This document shows, piece by piece, positions 63,718-64,000 of a stretch of DNA of 64,000 nucleotides. The stretch's first letter is position 1. Every line of letters begins with the position of its first letter. The position numbers and the translations under genes were made by a program. Source of the stretch: Eledone cirrhosa (lineage: Eukaryota); contig OZ024742.1 in the NCBI GenBank assembly GCA_964016885.1, positions 292,082,001-292,146,000 on the forward strand, in the 5' to 3' direction. The notes beneath the pieces are model-generated. The model did not search any database. It had not been told where the DNA came from and was given only the letters and a program-made list of their open reading frames with translations.

Positions 63718-63796
63718 CAGGGTGTCCCCAAAAATGTATTCACACTTCAACAGCATTCTAATAAAAGTATGTATATATTTTGGGGGGGACACCCTG
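63718..63796. mobile_element. 79-bp Tc1/mariner-type MITE, opposite orientation to 51796
   Basis: TA|CAGGGTGTCCCCAAAAAT ... TTTTGGGGGGGACACCCTG|TA. Confidence 0.85.
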
Positions 63797-64000
63797 TATA
63801 TATACAATTGCAAATCTGCAAGCCTATCAAAATGTACAGTGATTGAACTAGAGATTTTTGTTAAATCATAATTTTCATTGATTATTATTTATTGATTTAG
63901 TTCCAATCAGATTAGATTGAACAAAAGAATATAATACCTAACTCCCACAGAGAAAACTATTAAGAAAAATAAGTCGAAGCTGTGATGTATGTAGTGGGAT

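Overview
AT-rich, microsatellite-dense eukaryotic DNA with no recognisable host protein-coding gene. The SINE types, RTE load and (TA)n density look cephalopod (octopus-like), which is an inference. The window is mostly a mosaic of mobile elements: (i) two related RTE-clade LINE families, including one intact 1039-aa APE-RT ORF (39168-42287) with a C4HC3 PHD-type finger inserted inside the RT region; (ii) two coding Penelope-like elements (PLEs), one with RT+GIY-YIG between ~0.5-kb inverted arms; (iii) several small non-coding fold-back elements in (TA)n tracts with PLE end architecture, some carrying hand-foldable type I hammerhead ribozymes, one with a ~95-nt stem II; (iv) two tRNA-derived SINE groups, one borrowing the RTE 3' tail; (v) a hAT transposon with TIRs, Tc1/mariner MITEs and a transposase fragment, a Tx1/L1-like 3' fragment and a probable Helitron end. 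The best candidate for an undescribed system is the set of miniature hammerhead-bearing fold-back elements with their putative PLE partners. All alignments and RNA folds were done by eye, and boundaries are approximate to a few bases.
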